NCBI GenBank assembly: GCA_963662335.2
Contig: CAXXVD010000002.1
Location: 640,001 to 704,000, forward strand
Direction: 5' to 3'
From: Chloroflexota bacterium
Lineage (GTDB): Bacteria > Chloroflexota > UBA11872 > VXOZ01
DNA: 64,000 nt
Below are positions 28,654 through 38,627 of this stretch, piece by piece. The notes beneath the pieces are model-generated. The model saw nothing but the letters and a program-made list of their open reading frames with translations. It was not told the origin of the DNA and made no database searches. The position numbers were made by a program, and so were the translations under genes. How positions within the stretch are numbered: the first letter of the stretch is position 1; every line of letters begins with the position of its first letter.

Positions 28654-29934
28654 TCAGGCTGCGTTGCTTTCTGCCAGCGCTTCTTTGGCGGCTGTGAAGT
28701 TGGCGTTCAAGGCTACGGCGGCCCGGTAGTCGCTGCGCGCTCCTGCCACGTCGCCGAGGGCTTCTCGCGCCCGCCCGCGCCAGTAGTGCCATTCCTCAAC
28801 CGCAACCACCTGCAGATTGGCCTCGGCCAGCGCGATCGCGTCCTGGTGCCGGCCCTCTGCCCAGTAGGCTTCGAACGGGCCGAACTGGTACCACAACATG
28901 CGCCACGGTAGGCCGATTTGGCGTGCCCGGTCAAAGGCCGCAGCCGCTTGGTTCGTATTGCCGAGATTCAGGGCGCTAGTGCCAAAATTGAACCACGCGA
29001 ACGCGTCTTCGCGGTCCTGCGCCAGTTCCTGCTGGGCGATGCGCAGCGCGCGCTCCCACATGGGCGTCCCGCTGTGGGTTGTGTTGAGGATTTTGTCCGC
29101 CGCGGCTTGCTCTTCCGGCGGATAGACGACCACGTACGCGCGATTGAACACCCGCCACACGGCGTCCAACTCCGCGTAGGCAATAGTCAGATTGGGACCG
29201 ACGTACGAGTCGTGGGCGTGGAACGCGCCGGCTTGCTCGTCGTACCCCACCAGCACCCGGTAGTGTCCCATGCCGTCGTCCGGCTCCGGCTCGAACCAGA
29301 ATTCGACGATAACGGGAAAACCGGCCGCCAGGAGTCGCTTGAGCAGGGTCAGGTCGCCGCCAACCCCAACGTGCGCCTGGAAGCCGATGCTCTGGGCATA
29401 CGCCGCGAGCTCGGGCGGACTGACGTTCTTATCGTTGGGATCGGGCTTGAGGAAGGGAGCGATCTCGTCCTGCGCCTCCGGCCGCGCGAAGTAGCTGAGC
29501 ACCATCCCCATAGTCGTCGGCGCGCAGTTGTTCCACCCCTGGTATTCGTGGCGGAGACCGGAGAGCAACGTGGCCTGGGGCAACGGCGGCGTCGTTGGCG
29601 TGGGAACTGCGGTCGGTTGCGGCGTGGGCGCGCTCGCCGTTGGCGCTGAAGGCGCGCCGGCGGTTGGCGACGGGGCCGCCGTACTCATTGCGGGCGCGCT
29701 GCTAACGGGCCGTGGCGCTAGCGGGGACGTGACCGCGCGCGGCGGCTCAGCGTCAGCGGCGGTGTCCGGTTCTACCTCGGCGGTGAAGAGCGCGCCGGTT
29801 GCGGCAAGGGCAAAAGCGCCGATGAACACGCTGAGAATCGCGAGCAAGGCCCAAACGGTCAGGCGAGACGGCGGCGTGCGCCGCCGCGGGCGGGGAATGA
29901 TCGTGACTCGTACCGGCCTGTCAGGCTCCCACAT
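28654..29934 (-). CDS. C39-like peptidase with C-terminal TPR, N-terminal TM and Pro/Thr linker
   Basis: YQGWNNCAPTT, GHYRVLVGYD, TPR motifs AWFNFG and WHYWRG. Confidence 0.9.
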   Translation of the reverse strand: MWEPDRPVRVTIIPRPRRRTPPSRLTVWALLAILSVFIGAFALAATGALFTAEVEPDTAADAEPPRAVTSPLAPRPVSSAPAMSTAAPSPTAGAPSAPTASAPTPQPTAVPTPTTPPLPQATLLSGLRHEYQGWNNCAPTTMGMVLSYFARPEAQDEIAPFLKPDPNDKNVSPPELAAYAQSIGFQAHVGVGGDLTLLKRLLAAGFPVIVEFWFEPEPDDGMGHYRVLVGYDEQAGAFHAHDSYVGPNLTIAYAELDAVWRVFNRAYVVVYPPEEQAAADKILNTTHSGTPMWERALRIAQQELAQDREDAFAWFNFGTSALNLGNTNQAAAAFDRARQIGLPWRMLWYQFGPFEAYWAEGRHQDAIALAEANLQVVAVEEWHYWRGRAREALGDVAGARSDYRAAVALNANFTAAKEALAESNAA

Positions 29935-30102
29935 GAGGGCGTCCGCTCCGGTTTAGTGCGCCTCTTCCTCCATCATACTCGACCCTGCTGCGAACGAGTA
30001 CCCACTATGGGCACTGAGACTGCGCCGGCCCATGTTGACGGCGCGCGCCGGGCGCGCTATCGTGCCCAGGGGAGAACGTCGCAGCACGCACTGGAGTACC
30101 AG

Positions 30103-30960
30103 ATGAAGCTTTGTCTACTGACCTACAATATGGCGCGGCACTGGGATCTATCCGAACTCATCGCGGTGGCGCGCTTGGGCGGCTTCAGCGGCCTGGAACT
30201 GCGCGCCGAGGCCGGCCACAAGCACGGCGTGGAATTGGAGACGAACGCCGACGAGCGGCGGGCAATTCGCTATCAGGTGCAGGACGCCTGCCTGGAGATT
30301 GCCGGCATCAGCACCAGTTCCCGCTTCGATACGCCGGACGCCGCCCAGCGCCGGGAAGTCGTCGAACGCAGCAAGCGCTTCATCGAGCTGGCGGCGGACG
30401 TGAACGCCGGCCAGATTCGCGTCTTTGGCAACGACATGCCCAAGGCGGGCGCGGACGGCGGGCCGCCGCCGCCGCGCGAGGACGTGATGCGCTACGTCGG
30501 CGACGCGCTCCGTGAACTGGGCGATTTTGCCGCGCCCCACGGCGTCAACGTGATGCTGGAGATGCACGGGCAGTTCAACTACTGGCACTTTGCCATGACG
30601 GCGGTGGAACACGCCGACCATCCGCAGGTCGGCATCCTCTACAACTGCGACAACCGCGACCTGGTGGGCGGTTCGGTGGCGTCTACCTACAACCGCGTGG
30701 CGCACCTGATCGGCCACGTGCACATGCACGACTTCGTGAACGGCTTTCCCTACGCGGAACTCTTTGGGCTGCTCCAGCGCGACGGCTACGACGGCTACCT
30801 CTCTTCGGAGATCGGCAAGACGGAACCGACGCATCGGGACTACTTCCTGATGTACGCGCAACTCTTCCGCGCCTGGAACGCGCTGGCCGCGTCCGCCGGC
30901 GAAAGCGCGCTGCCCTACTACGCCGCCGCCGCCGGTACGGTGGCCACCGCCGCCGACTAG
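30103..30960 (+). CDS. Sugar phosphate isomerase/epimerase family protein
   Basis: GLELR, IRVFG, LEMHG, HVHMHD, LSSE; GGAG RBS. Confidence 0.9.
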   Translation: MKLCLLTYNMARHWDLSELIAVARLGGFSGLELRAEAGHKHGVELETNADERRAIRYQVQDACLEIAGISTSSRFDTPDAAQRREVVERSKRFIELAADVNAGQIRVFGNDMPKAGADGGPPPPREDVMRYVGDALRELGDFAAPHGVNVMLEMHGQFNYWHFAMTAVEHADHPQVGILYNCDNRDLVGGSVASTYNRVAHLIGHVHMHDFVNGFPYAELFGLLQRDGYDGYLSSEIGKTEPTHRDYFLMYAQLFRAWNALAASAGESALPYYAAAAGTVATAAD

Positions 30961-31040
30961 GCAGTGTTGACGACTAGGCAGTGTTGACGACTAGGCAGTG
31001 TTGGCGACTAGGTAGTGTTGGCGACTAGGTAGTGTTGGCG
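30954..31040 (+). repeat. 17-bp tandem repeat x5 (CGACTAGGYAGTGTTGR)
   Basis: Contiguous units at 30954, 30971, 30988, 31005 and 31022; no spacers. Confidence 0.95.
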
Positions 31041-31120
31041 CTGAAGCACTCTCAACGTGCGGCTCCCACTGTCATTCCGAGCGTAGCGAGGAATCTAGTG
31101 CGCAACAAGGGGCCTACTGC

Positions 31121-31280
31121 GTAGCGCGGGGGCTTCTCCCCCGCCGGAGCCATTGAAACTGACACGAAAGAGAATTGACCTAACAGCCTCGCAGGATACA
31201 AACCTGCGCTACCAGAAGTCTGGGACGCGAGTTTTGCTGTCTTTTTGTTTAATGCGACAACATTAGGGCTTGTCCCCCGC
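31121..31280 (+). mobile_element. ~160-bp composite REP/MITE-like element
   Basis: Colinear and highly similar to 37871-38029. Confidence 0.8.
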
Positions 31281-31385
31281 TCGGTGCGGCGCGCTGATGC
31301 GGAGAGGATGGATGCCCGCTTGCGCGGGAATTACTATGGCCGCGCGACGGCCACACAAGGCATTGACAAATGAACGCACGTCTTT

Positions 31386-31504
31386 CCGTTCGTGCTGAGG
31401 GCTGCGCGAAGCCCTTGTCGAAGCATGAATGGAGAGACGTGCGTGGCGGGATGTGACTCGTTCATTCCGCCGTTCACCCTTCGACGCTGCTCAGGGCGAA
31501 CGGC
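31386..31504. repeat. REP-like family D (CCGTTCG..CTGAGC.TGTCGAAG...GAACGG) inverted pair
   Basis: Related copies at 11096-11142, 37811-37833 and 54636-54739. Confidence 0.75.
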
Positions 31505-31701
31505 ATGATCACGCTATTCTCAAAGTAATGGCGTATGGAGAGCCGGAATGTACGCCCTAGATTCCTCGCTGCGCTCGGAATGACGGAGGCAGACGGTCTA
31601 TCTCCACCAAATGCCGGGCTGCATTGCTGCTGACTCTCGGGCAATGGCGCGCCGTTTCTTGATAATTGAGCATGACCAACCAAGCGGAGGGTGCAAATCT
31701 C

Positions 31702-33690
31702 ATGGCCTACCGTCCCCCGGAAAAGCTGATCGTATTCGGCATCGACGGCCCCATATTGCCCACCATGCAGCGGCTCATGGATGAGGGGCGTATGCCGCTG
31801 ATGCGGAAACTGGTAGAGGGCGGCACGTGGGCGGAAAACTGCCTGGTGCCGTATCCCACGATTACGCCGCCGAACTGGACCACTATTGCCACCGGCGCGT
31901 CGGCGGGGCGCACCGGCTTTACCGACTTCAATATCCACCGGCCGGGCGAGCCGCTCGGCCAGACTCACGCGGCGTTCGACTCGCGCTGGCACACGGCGGA
32001 ATATCTGTGGGAAGCGGCGGAAAAGGTGGGCAAGCGGTCAATCGTCATCAATTGGCCCTCCTCCTGGCCGGCGCGCATGAAAGACGGCTGGCAGATTGCC
32101 GGCTACGGCCTCTCCGTCAACGAGTGGCACGACCATCCCACCTTCCACCACGCCTACACCTTTTCCGGTGAGGCGCTCTTTGCCACCGATGACTACGTGG
32201 AGGGTACGCTAATCGAAGTGGAAGACGCGGAGGATTGGCAGGATCTGGAAGCCGGCGTAGACTACCTGGAAGCCGAGTTGCCGTGGCGCTTCCGCTACCC
32301 CAAGTACACCATGCAACCGCTCACGTGGCATCTGCTGCTGGAGGCGGACGCACAGGGCAACTTTACCACCGCCCACGTCTGCGAGCGGCGCGACCGGGCG
32401 ACCGCCATGTGTTCGCTGCGGGTAGGCGAGTGGTCGGACTACATCGTCCGCGAGTTTGCGTGCGCGGAGTTGGGCAAGGCGGAGGCGGTCTTTCGCGTCA
32501 AGCTGCTGGAACTATCCGCCGACGGCGAAACGGCCACGCTCTACGTGACCCCGCTCAGCCAACTCGACGGTTGGACCTATCCCAAGGGCTTAGATCGTGA
32601 GATATTCGAGCAGGGCAATTGCCGCGGCTTGCCGGCGCCGTACCTCGGCCTGCGCACCTTCCGCATGGGGTGGTTCGACGCCGATACCTTCATCGAACTC
32701 TGCGACATGAGCCACCAGTGGTTCGCCGACGCCGCGCGCTACCTGATGCGCGAAAGACCGTGGGACCTCTTCTTCATCCACATTCATACGCCCGACTACT
32801 TCTACCACCTCTTTGCCAGCGAGGTAGACCCGGCGTTAAATGCGGACGCTGACAGCTTGGCGCACTGGCAAGAGGTTGAGGCGCGCTTGTACGAGAGCCT
32901 GGACCGGGCATTTGCGGCTATAGCGGACGCCGCGCCCCGGCGGACGCTCTACGCCTACGTCTCCGATCATGGCGCGAAAGCCAACGGCTACAAGTGCAAT
33001 CCCGGCCAAGTCCTGATTGACGCCGGGCTAACGGCGCTGGCGGAAGAGGAAGACCCGGCGGCGGTGGCGCACTTTGCCATGTATACCGGGCGCAAGCGGG
33101 TGGATTGGTCGCGCACCCGCGCGGCGGCCAGCGGCTCTTCATATGTCTGGGTCAACCTGAAAGGCCGCGACCCGGAAGGCATCGTGGAGCCGGAAGACTA
33201 TGAGACTGTGCAGCAAGAGGTCATCAAGGCGCTCTACGACTATACCGATCCGGAGACCGGCCTCAAGCCCATCGGCTTCGCGTTTAAGAAGCAGAACGCC
33301 CGAATGCTGGATCTCTACGGCGAAGCCACCGGCGACGTGGTGTTCTGCTACGCCGACGAGTACGGCTCGCAACACGGGCCGCAGTTTCCGTCGGCTACCC
33401 AGGGCATGGGCGACCTGCGCGGCCTCTTCGCGCTCTCCGGGCCCGGCGTGAAGCGAGGCCACACGCTGGAACGCAACGTGAGCCTGAAAGACCTGGTACC
33501 CACCGTCTGCTACCTGCTGGGCTTGCCCGTGCCCGCCGACTGCGAGGGCGCGGTGGTCTACCAGGCGCTGGAAGACCCGGACGCGCCCCTGAATGAGCGC
33601 CTGCGCCTGCAACGCCACGTGGACGTCCTCTCCGGCGTGGCCGAATCGGAAGCGGCAATGACGCACACGTACCACAAAGCGGAGGGATGA
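31702..33690 (+). CDS. Alkaline phosphatase superfamily (nucleotide pyrophosphatase/phosphodiesterase) protein
   Basis: VFGIDG, PTITPPNWTTIATG, VSDHG, DLVPTV. Confidence 0.9.
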   Translation: MAYRPPEKLIVFGIDGPILPTMQRLMDEGRMPLMRKLVEGGTWAENCLVPYPTITPPNWTTIATGASAGRTGFTDFNIHRPGEPLGQTHAAFDSRWHTAEYLWEAAEKVGKRSIVINWPSSWPARMKDGWQIAGYGLSVNEWHDHPTFHHAYTFSGEALFATDDYVEGTLIEVEDAEDWQDLEAGVDYLEAELPWRFRYPKYTMQPLTWHLLLEADAQGNFTTAHVCERRDRATAMCSLRVGEWSDYIVREFACAELGKAEAVFRVKLLELSADGETATLYVTPLSQLDGWTYPKGLDREIFEQGNCRGLPAPYLGLRTFRMGWFDADTFIELCDMSHQWFADAARYLMRERPWDLFFIHIHTPDYFYHLFASEVDPALNADADSLAHWQEVEARLYESLDRAFAAIADAAPRRTLYAYVSDHGAKANGYKCNPGQVLIDAGLTALAEEEDPAAVAHFAMYTGRKRVDWSRTRAAASGSSYVWVNLKGRDPEGIVEPEDYETVQQEVIKALYDYTDPETGLKPIGFAFKKQNARMLDLYGEATGDVVFCYADEYGSQHGPQFPSATQGMGDLRGLFALSGPGVKRGHTLERNVSLKDLVPTVCYLLGLPVPADCEGAVVYQALEDPDAPLNERLRLQRHVDVLSGVAESEAAMTHTYHKAEG

Positions 33691-33717
33691 CGGCCAGCGA
33701 GGGAGTTGGCCACGTTG

Positions 33718-35010
33718 CTATGCGCTCTCCGCTTGGGTCGTCGTCTCGGCTGCGTCCGGCAGTGGCCGGGCGAAGCGGCGTAATGCGCTCAGGGCGAGTA
33801 CGGTTGCCGCAATTGCGGCCGCGCCGGCTACGCCAAAGAGCGCCTCGAACGAGACCAGGTCCGCCAGCAGCCCGCCTACCGGCGTGAGCAAGATCAGGAT
33901 GCCGATGAGCGTATTGGTGAAGCCGAGATAGATGATGCGGTCTTCCGCCGGCGAGACCTCGATTGCCAGCACGGAAAACGTGATTTCCTGCCCGCCGGTG
34001 GCCATGCCGAGGCAGACGAAGAGGGCAATGAAGACCCCGCTCACCAGCGCCACGTCCGCTTGTGAAACGGTGAGCAGGTGCGCCGCCAGCGCTAACACCG
34101 GCGGCAGCACGCTGAGCACGGTGGTGGCTACCAGCAGCAGCCAACCGCCGCCGCGCGCGCCCAGCCAACCCCAGATGACGTTGCTGCCAATCACGCCGCC
34201 CATCAGCGCCACCGCGGACGACGCCACCACCCCTGCCGGCAACTGCAAGACCTTGGCGGCGTAGACCACGTAGAAAGGCATGGCGATGAAGGTGACCATC
34301 GCCAGCACCCGGATGATGAGGTACATGCGAAACGGCGGTTCGCGCAGCACGATCTCCCGGATGCGGCGCAGGTCTTCCCGCGCGGTGCGCTTGGGCAGGA
34401 CCGCCGGCCCTGCCGGTTCCTCAACGGCGCTGAACGAGGCGTAGCCGGCGCCGGTGAAGACCCACGTCAACACGAAGAGAATCCAGATCAGTTCGAGGCT
34501 GCCTTCCGAGCGTTCAAGCACCTGGCGCACGACCACGCCGGCCGCCAGCGCGCCAATGCCGCCAAAGAAGTTGCGCAGCGAGAAGAAGGTGGGCAACTGC
34601 CGCCGGGGCACGATGCGCCCCACCACGTCGAAGAACGCCAGACCCGTAAAGCCGCCGGACAACGAGGCGACTGCAGTCAGCCCGATGAGGGCCGGCAGCA
34701 CGATCTCGCCCCGCTCCGGCATGAGCAGGACTACGCCCGCCAGCAATGCCCAACAGCCGCTGCGCACCAGCGCGCTGCGCCGGTAGAACTTCAGCTTGCG
34801 CGGTTGGCGCTGCATGTAGTTGATCAACAGCAACTGGGGCAACGCCCAACCGCCCATCTGCAAGGCGGGCAGGATGCCGACGAGCAGGTTGGACGACGTA
34901 AGCTGGCTCACGTACCAGGGCAGGACGACGGTCGCGCTGGTGAACGCCATTCCCGTGACGTAGAAGACGCCGTTGAGGACGCCCAGGATGAAGTTGCGAC
35001 GGCCGGACAC
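33718..35010 (-). CDS. MFS transporter
   Basis: About 12 hydrophobic helices; RRNFILGVLNG start. Confidence 0.9.
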   Translation of the reverse strand: MSGRRNFILGVLNGVFYVTGMAFTSATVVLPWYVSQLTSSNLLVGILPALQMGGWALPQLLLINYMQRQPRKLKFYRRSALVRSGCWALLAGVVLLMPERGEIVLPALIGLTAVASLSGGFTGLAFFDVVGRIVPRRQLPTFFSLRNFFGGIGALAAGVVVRQVLERSEGSLELIWILFVLTWVFTGAGYASFSAVEEPAGPAVLPKRTAREDLRRIREIVLREPPFRMYLIIRVLAMVTFIAMPFYVVYAAKVLQLPAGVVASSAVALMGGVIGSNVIWGWLGARGGGWLLLVATTVLSVLPPVLALAAHLLTVSQADVALVSGVFIALFVCLGMATGGQEITFSVLAIEVSPAEDRIIYLGFTNTLIGILILLTPVGGLLADLVSFEALFGVAGAAAIAATVLALSALRRFARPLPDAAETTTQAESA

Positions 35011-35115
35011 CTGATCTTGCTACTTTCGCTGGTTGCGCACTGCCGGCGCGGGCGGTGCGGTATAGGCGGCGTCGAGCACGATGCGCCGCGAAGCGGCCCT
35101 GGCGTTAGGCGGCGG

Positions 35116-36009
35116 TCAGGCATTGCGCACGATGGCGTCGGCCATGCGGCACACGCGCACCATGGGCCCCACGTCGTGCACCCGCACCAGATCGACCCCC
35201 TGCGCAATCGCCAGCGCCACCGTTGCCGCCGTGCCCTCCAGCCGCTCCGCCGCCGGCAGATCGAGGGTGAGGCCGATGAACGACTTGCGCGACGTGCCGA
35301 CTAGCACCGGCTGCCCCAGCGCCTGGAGCGCGCCGAGGTTGCGCATGAGCGCGAGATTCTGCTGGGGCGTCTTGCCAAAGCCGATGCCGGGATCGATGAT
35401 GACGTTCTCCGGCGCGATCCCGCCGGCGGTCGCGTGCGCGAGCGTCTCTTCCAGTTCCCGCGTCACGTCCCGCGCCACGTCACCGTAGGCCGCCGCGCCG
35501 TAGTAGCCGCCCAGGCCCGATTGCCGGGGCGTGGAACGGCGGTTGTGCATGAGCATGACCGGCACGTTGAGGGCGGCTACCGTGGCGGCCATGGCCGGAT
35601 CGCCGCGCAGCCCCCAGACGTCGTTGACCATGGCCGCGCCGGCCCGCACCGCCTCACGGGCCACGGCGGCCTTATACGTGTCGATCGAGAGGGGAATTTC
35701 CACCTCACGCCGTATCGCCTCGATTGCCGGCAGCACGCGGTCAAGTTCCGCTTGCAGGGGGACGGCGTCCGCGCCGGGCCGGGTCGATTCGCCCCCAATA
35801 TCGAGAATGTCCGCGCCTTCTTCAACGAACCGCGCCGCCTGCGCCGCGGCGCGGCGCGCGTCACCCCCAATGCCGTCGCCGGAGAATGAATCCGGCGTCA
35901 CGTTGATGATGCCGACCACGTAAGTGCGGTCTCCCCACCGCAGGGCGCCATCGCCGCACTGTGTCTCGCGCGGTTTTGCCGCGTGAGCCAACGGCGGGAA
36001 GCTCATCAT
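35116..36009 (-). CDS. folP: Dihydropteroate synthase
   Basis: GIINVTPDSFSGDG, DIGGESTRPG, DPGIGFGK, GTSRKSF, VRVHDV. Confidence 0.97.
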   Translation of the reverse strand: MMSFPPLAHAAKPRETQCGDGALRWGDRTYVVGIINVTPDSFSGDGIGGDARRAAAQAARFVEEGADILDIGGESTRPGADAVPLQAELDRVLPAIEAIRREVEIPLSIDTYKAAVAREAVRAGAAMVNDVWGLRGDPAMAATVAALNVPVMLMHNRRSTPRQSGLGGYYGAAAYGDVARDVTRELEETLAHATAGGIAPENVIIDPGIGFGKTPQQNLALMRNLGALQALGQPVLVGTSRKSFIGLTLDLPAAERLEGTAATVALAIAQGVDLVRVHDVGPMVRVCRMADAIVRNA

Positions 36010-37586
36010 CCGCCCTCGGCCCCGGGGCGGATGGACGCAAACTGATAGCCGTGGATCAGCGTATCTCCCGGCGTGACGGACGCGACGTAGAGGATTACCC
36101 CGGGCCCCAGGCCCACGCGCTCGATTTGCGCTATTTGACCGCTGGTATTGCGCGCGAGATCCGGCAAGATCACCTGCGTAATTCCCTCCGGTATTGCCAA
36201 CTCCCGGCGCGTCTCCCAGTACGTAGTGTCTCCCGGATCGAAGAGCAGCCGGAAAGAATAGTCCGGCAGGTAGTACGCAAGCTGATGGGAGCGATCGAAC
36301 GCGACGATCAGCGTCTGCTCCGGCGCGTGGTTCAACGTGATGTACCGCACCTGCTTCGTCAGTATCTCGTCTATTTGACGTATCTCCTTGAACCGCCCCT
36401 GTCCGTCCGCGAAGAGGAAGAGCAGCGCATTGGAGACGGCAATCACCGTGGCGAGCGCAAGGGTGATGCCCAGCGAGACGCGATGCGGCGTGAGGGCGGT
36501 CGTCACCATACCGCGCTGCGTCATGAGAAAGCGGTACGCTTGTTCGCAGTCGCGGGCCAAGCCGCGCATGGCCAAAACCGCGTAGATGACCAAGCCCGGG
36601 AGAAACGAGAGCACGTAACCGGGATTGCCAATGTAGACCAGCACGTAGAAGAGTACGGGCACGAGCATCCACAGCAGAAGCAGCCGCGTGCGCGCGTCGC
36701 GCACGATCTGCTGCGGCGAAAAGTAGCGCCCGACGAAGTAGATTATCGGCAAGAGGGCTAAGCCGACGCCGTTGTAGAGAAACGCGACCAGCGTGCGCAT
36801 GTTGTCGAGCACGCTCCGGAGGTACGACAGCATTCCGCCGGATTGTCCCGCCCAGAAGCGGTAGTTCTCGGCGGATGCCTGCCAATACGCTTCCCAGCCG
36901 CCGGAGAGTTGCGCCATGGGAATCGCCCACGCCAGCACGACCGCGGCCAGCACGCCAAGTCCGCCCAACAGACTCCCCAGGCTGCGCCCCCACCAGGCGT
37001 AGACCCACACCGGCACGAGGAAGAGCAGCAGGTCCGGCCGGAAGCCCGCGCCCAGGCCCAGCGCCAAGGCGGCCGGCACGATCAGGTTGCGCGACCCCAG
37101 TTTCGTCTCGGCCAACAGCAGTACCACCAGCGTGCTGAACAGGGCGAGAAAGGCGTAGGGATACGCCACTTCGCCGTGGGACCAGAAGTTGCTGCTGGTG
37201 GCCAGCAGCAACGCGCTGATGACGGCGGTCTGCATGCCGTAGAGCCGCCAGGCCAGCAGGAAGAGACACCACACCGCCAACCCGCTGGCGGCCATGGAGA
37301 GCAGCACGTAGCTCAGGTTGGCGTCCACGCCCAGGCCGTAGAGCAGCTTGGCGCTGGCGACGTAGAGCGGATAGCCGGGCGGCTGCGGCTGGTGAAAGGC
37401 GACGTTGTACGCTTCCAGGGCGAAGGCGTAGCTGGCGGAATCCCACGCAAAGAGCGTCTCGCTTCGGAAAGGAATGCGGCTGAGGGCCGTGGCCGCGCCG
37501 AAACCGAGGCCAAGCAGCCACGCCAGCCGGCTCCACGCGGTAAGCCCCTGGCGCGATCCAGCCGTTATCCGTGCCGTCTGTTCCAT
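36006..37586 (-). CDS. GT-C (DUF2723/PMT-like) membrane glycosyltransferase
   Basis: WDSASYA, HQPQPPGYPLY, multiple TM helices; ATGA overlap with folP. Confidence 0.8.
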   Translation of the reverse strand: MEQTARITAGSRQGLTAWSRLAWLLGLGFGAATALSRIPFRSETLFAWDSASYAFALEAYNVAFHQPQPPGYPLYVASAKLLYGLGVDANLSYVLLSMAASGLAVWCLFLLAWRLYGMQTAVISALLLATSSNFWSHGEVAYPYAFLALFSTLVVLLLAETKLGSRNLIVPAALALGLGAGFRPDLLLFLVPVWVYAWWGRSLGSLLGGLGVLAAVVLAWAIPMAQLSGGWEAYWQASAENYRFWAGQSGGMLSYLRSVLDNMRTLVAFLYNGVGLALLPIIYFVGRYFSPQQIVRDARTRLLLLWMLVPVLFYVLVYIGNPGYVLSFLPGLVIYAVLAMRGLARDCEQAYRFLMTQRGMVTTALTPHRVSLGITLALATVIAVSNALLFLFADGQGRFKEIRQIDEILTKQVRYITLNHAPEQTLIVAFDRSHQLAYYLPDYSFRLLFDPGDTTYWETRRELAIPEGITQVILPDLARNTSGQIAQIERVGLGPGVILYVASVTPGDTLIHGYQFASIRPGAEGG

Positions 37587-37870
37587 AAGCGCTAGCGCTC
37601 GGCAATCGTGAAGGTGGGAAAAACGCGCGCAGCCGCGCCTGCAAGACACCAGTTCCTAATTCTAGCCCTGCCGCAAGCCGCGACGCAAGCCCCGTTGCAA
37701 CCCGCGCCGCAAGCGCGCAAAAGAGAGCGCACCGCATTCCGTTCGGACTGAGCCTACGTTCTCCGTTCGGACTGAGCTCATCTCTTCCATTCGCGTTAAG
37801 CCCATCTCTTCCGTTCGCGCTGAGCCTGTCGAAACGCGAACGAAAGAGGCTCCCTGCGGCGGCACAACCG

Positions 37871-38029
37871 GTAGCGCGGGGGCTTGTCCCCCGCCGGAGC
37901 CATTGAAACTGACGCGAAAAGGGTTGACCTAGCAACTTCGCAGGTTTAAAACCTGCGCTACCGGGAACTTTGGACGCGAGTTTTGCCGTCGTTCTGTTTA
38001 ATGCGACAGCATTAGGGCTTGTCCCCCGC
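37871..38029 (+). mobile_element. ~160-bp composite REP/MITE-like element
   Basis: Colinear with 31121-31280. Confidence 0.8.
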
Positions 38030-38113
38030 CTCCGCGCTCTGCTCCCTCTCACTGGGGAGAGGGCCGGGGTGAGAGGAATTCTCGCGGCCCTGGGTCTTTG
38101 CCCCCCGCCTTGT

Positions 38114-38134
38114 TAGCATGACAAACTCATGCTA
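38114..38134 (+). promoter_or_regulatory. TAGCATGA-N5-TCATGCTA palindrome overlapping the TA promoter
   Basis: Perfect 8-bp inverted repeat just upstream of the antitoxin ATG. Confidence 0.65.
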
Positions 38135-38144
38135 GCATCATGCC

Positions 38145-38378
38145 ATGGCGAACCTACAGGTAGAGAACATACCGGACGAACTGCACGAGCGCCTGCGCCG
38201 CTGCGCCCGGGAGCGCAATTGCACCCTGAGCGCGGCCGTCCTCGCCGCGTTGGAGCGCGAGTTGGCCCGCTGGGAGTGGCGCGCGCGTCTGGCAGAGCGC
38301 CCGCCTACCGACCTCGGCGTGCCGGCGGCAACGCTGCTGCGCGAAGCGCGCGCCGAGCGCGAATTCAGGGCCGAGTGA
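38145..38378 (+). CDS. FitA/VapB-like ribbon-helix-helix antitoxin
   Basis: MANLQVENIPDELHERLRRCARERNCTLS. Confidence 0.85.
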   Translation: MANLQVENIPDELHERLRRCARERNCTLSAAVLAALERELARWEWRARLAERPPTDLGVPAATLLREARAEREFRAE

Positions 38379-38491
38379 CGCGCTGCATTGTCCCCGCCCG
38401 CGCCTACGACACGCCCCTCCTCACTACCGACGCCCGCCTGGCCCGCGCCCCCGGCCTGGAAATCGCGGTACAATACGTGCGCACGGGATAG
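38375..38491 (+). pseudogene. VapC (PIN) toxin remnant with large internal deletion
   Basis: GTGA overlap start; only the C-terminal TPLLTTDARLARAPGL motif survives (38 aa). Confidence 0.75.
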
Positions 38492-38627
38492 CCGCACTCG
38501 TCCCGCAGCGCGCACGTGCTCACGGCTTTTCCTTGCTCAATAGCGGAAATTGAAGCGCGGGGCTCCGGTAGCGTAGGTTTGTAACCTGCGCTCTGCCCCG
38601 CGTTGCCGGAGCGCGTGGACAGGGCAC

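Noticed and set aside
30954-31040. Possible CRISPR array
   Set aside because: Units are contiguous with no unique spacers, and there are no cas genes.
35116-38052. 978-aa ORF suggesting a giant FolP fusion
   Set aside because: The N-terminal ~680 codons are an off-frame reading of the GT-C gene and REP DNA. FolP starts at 36009 with an ATGA overlap.
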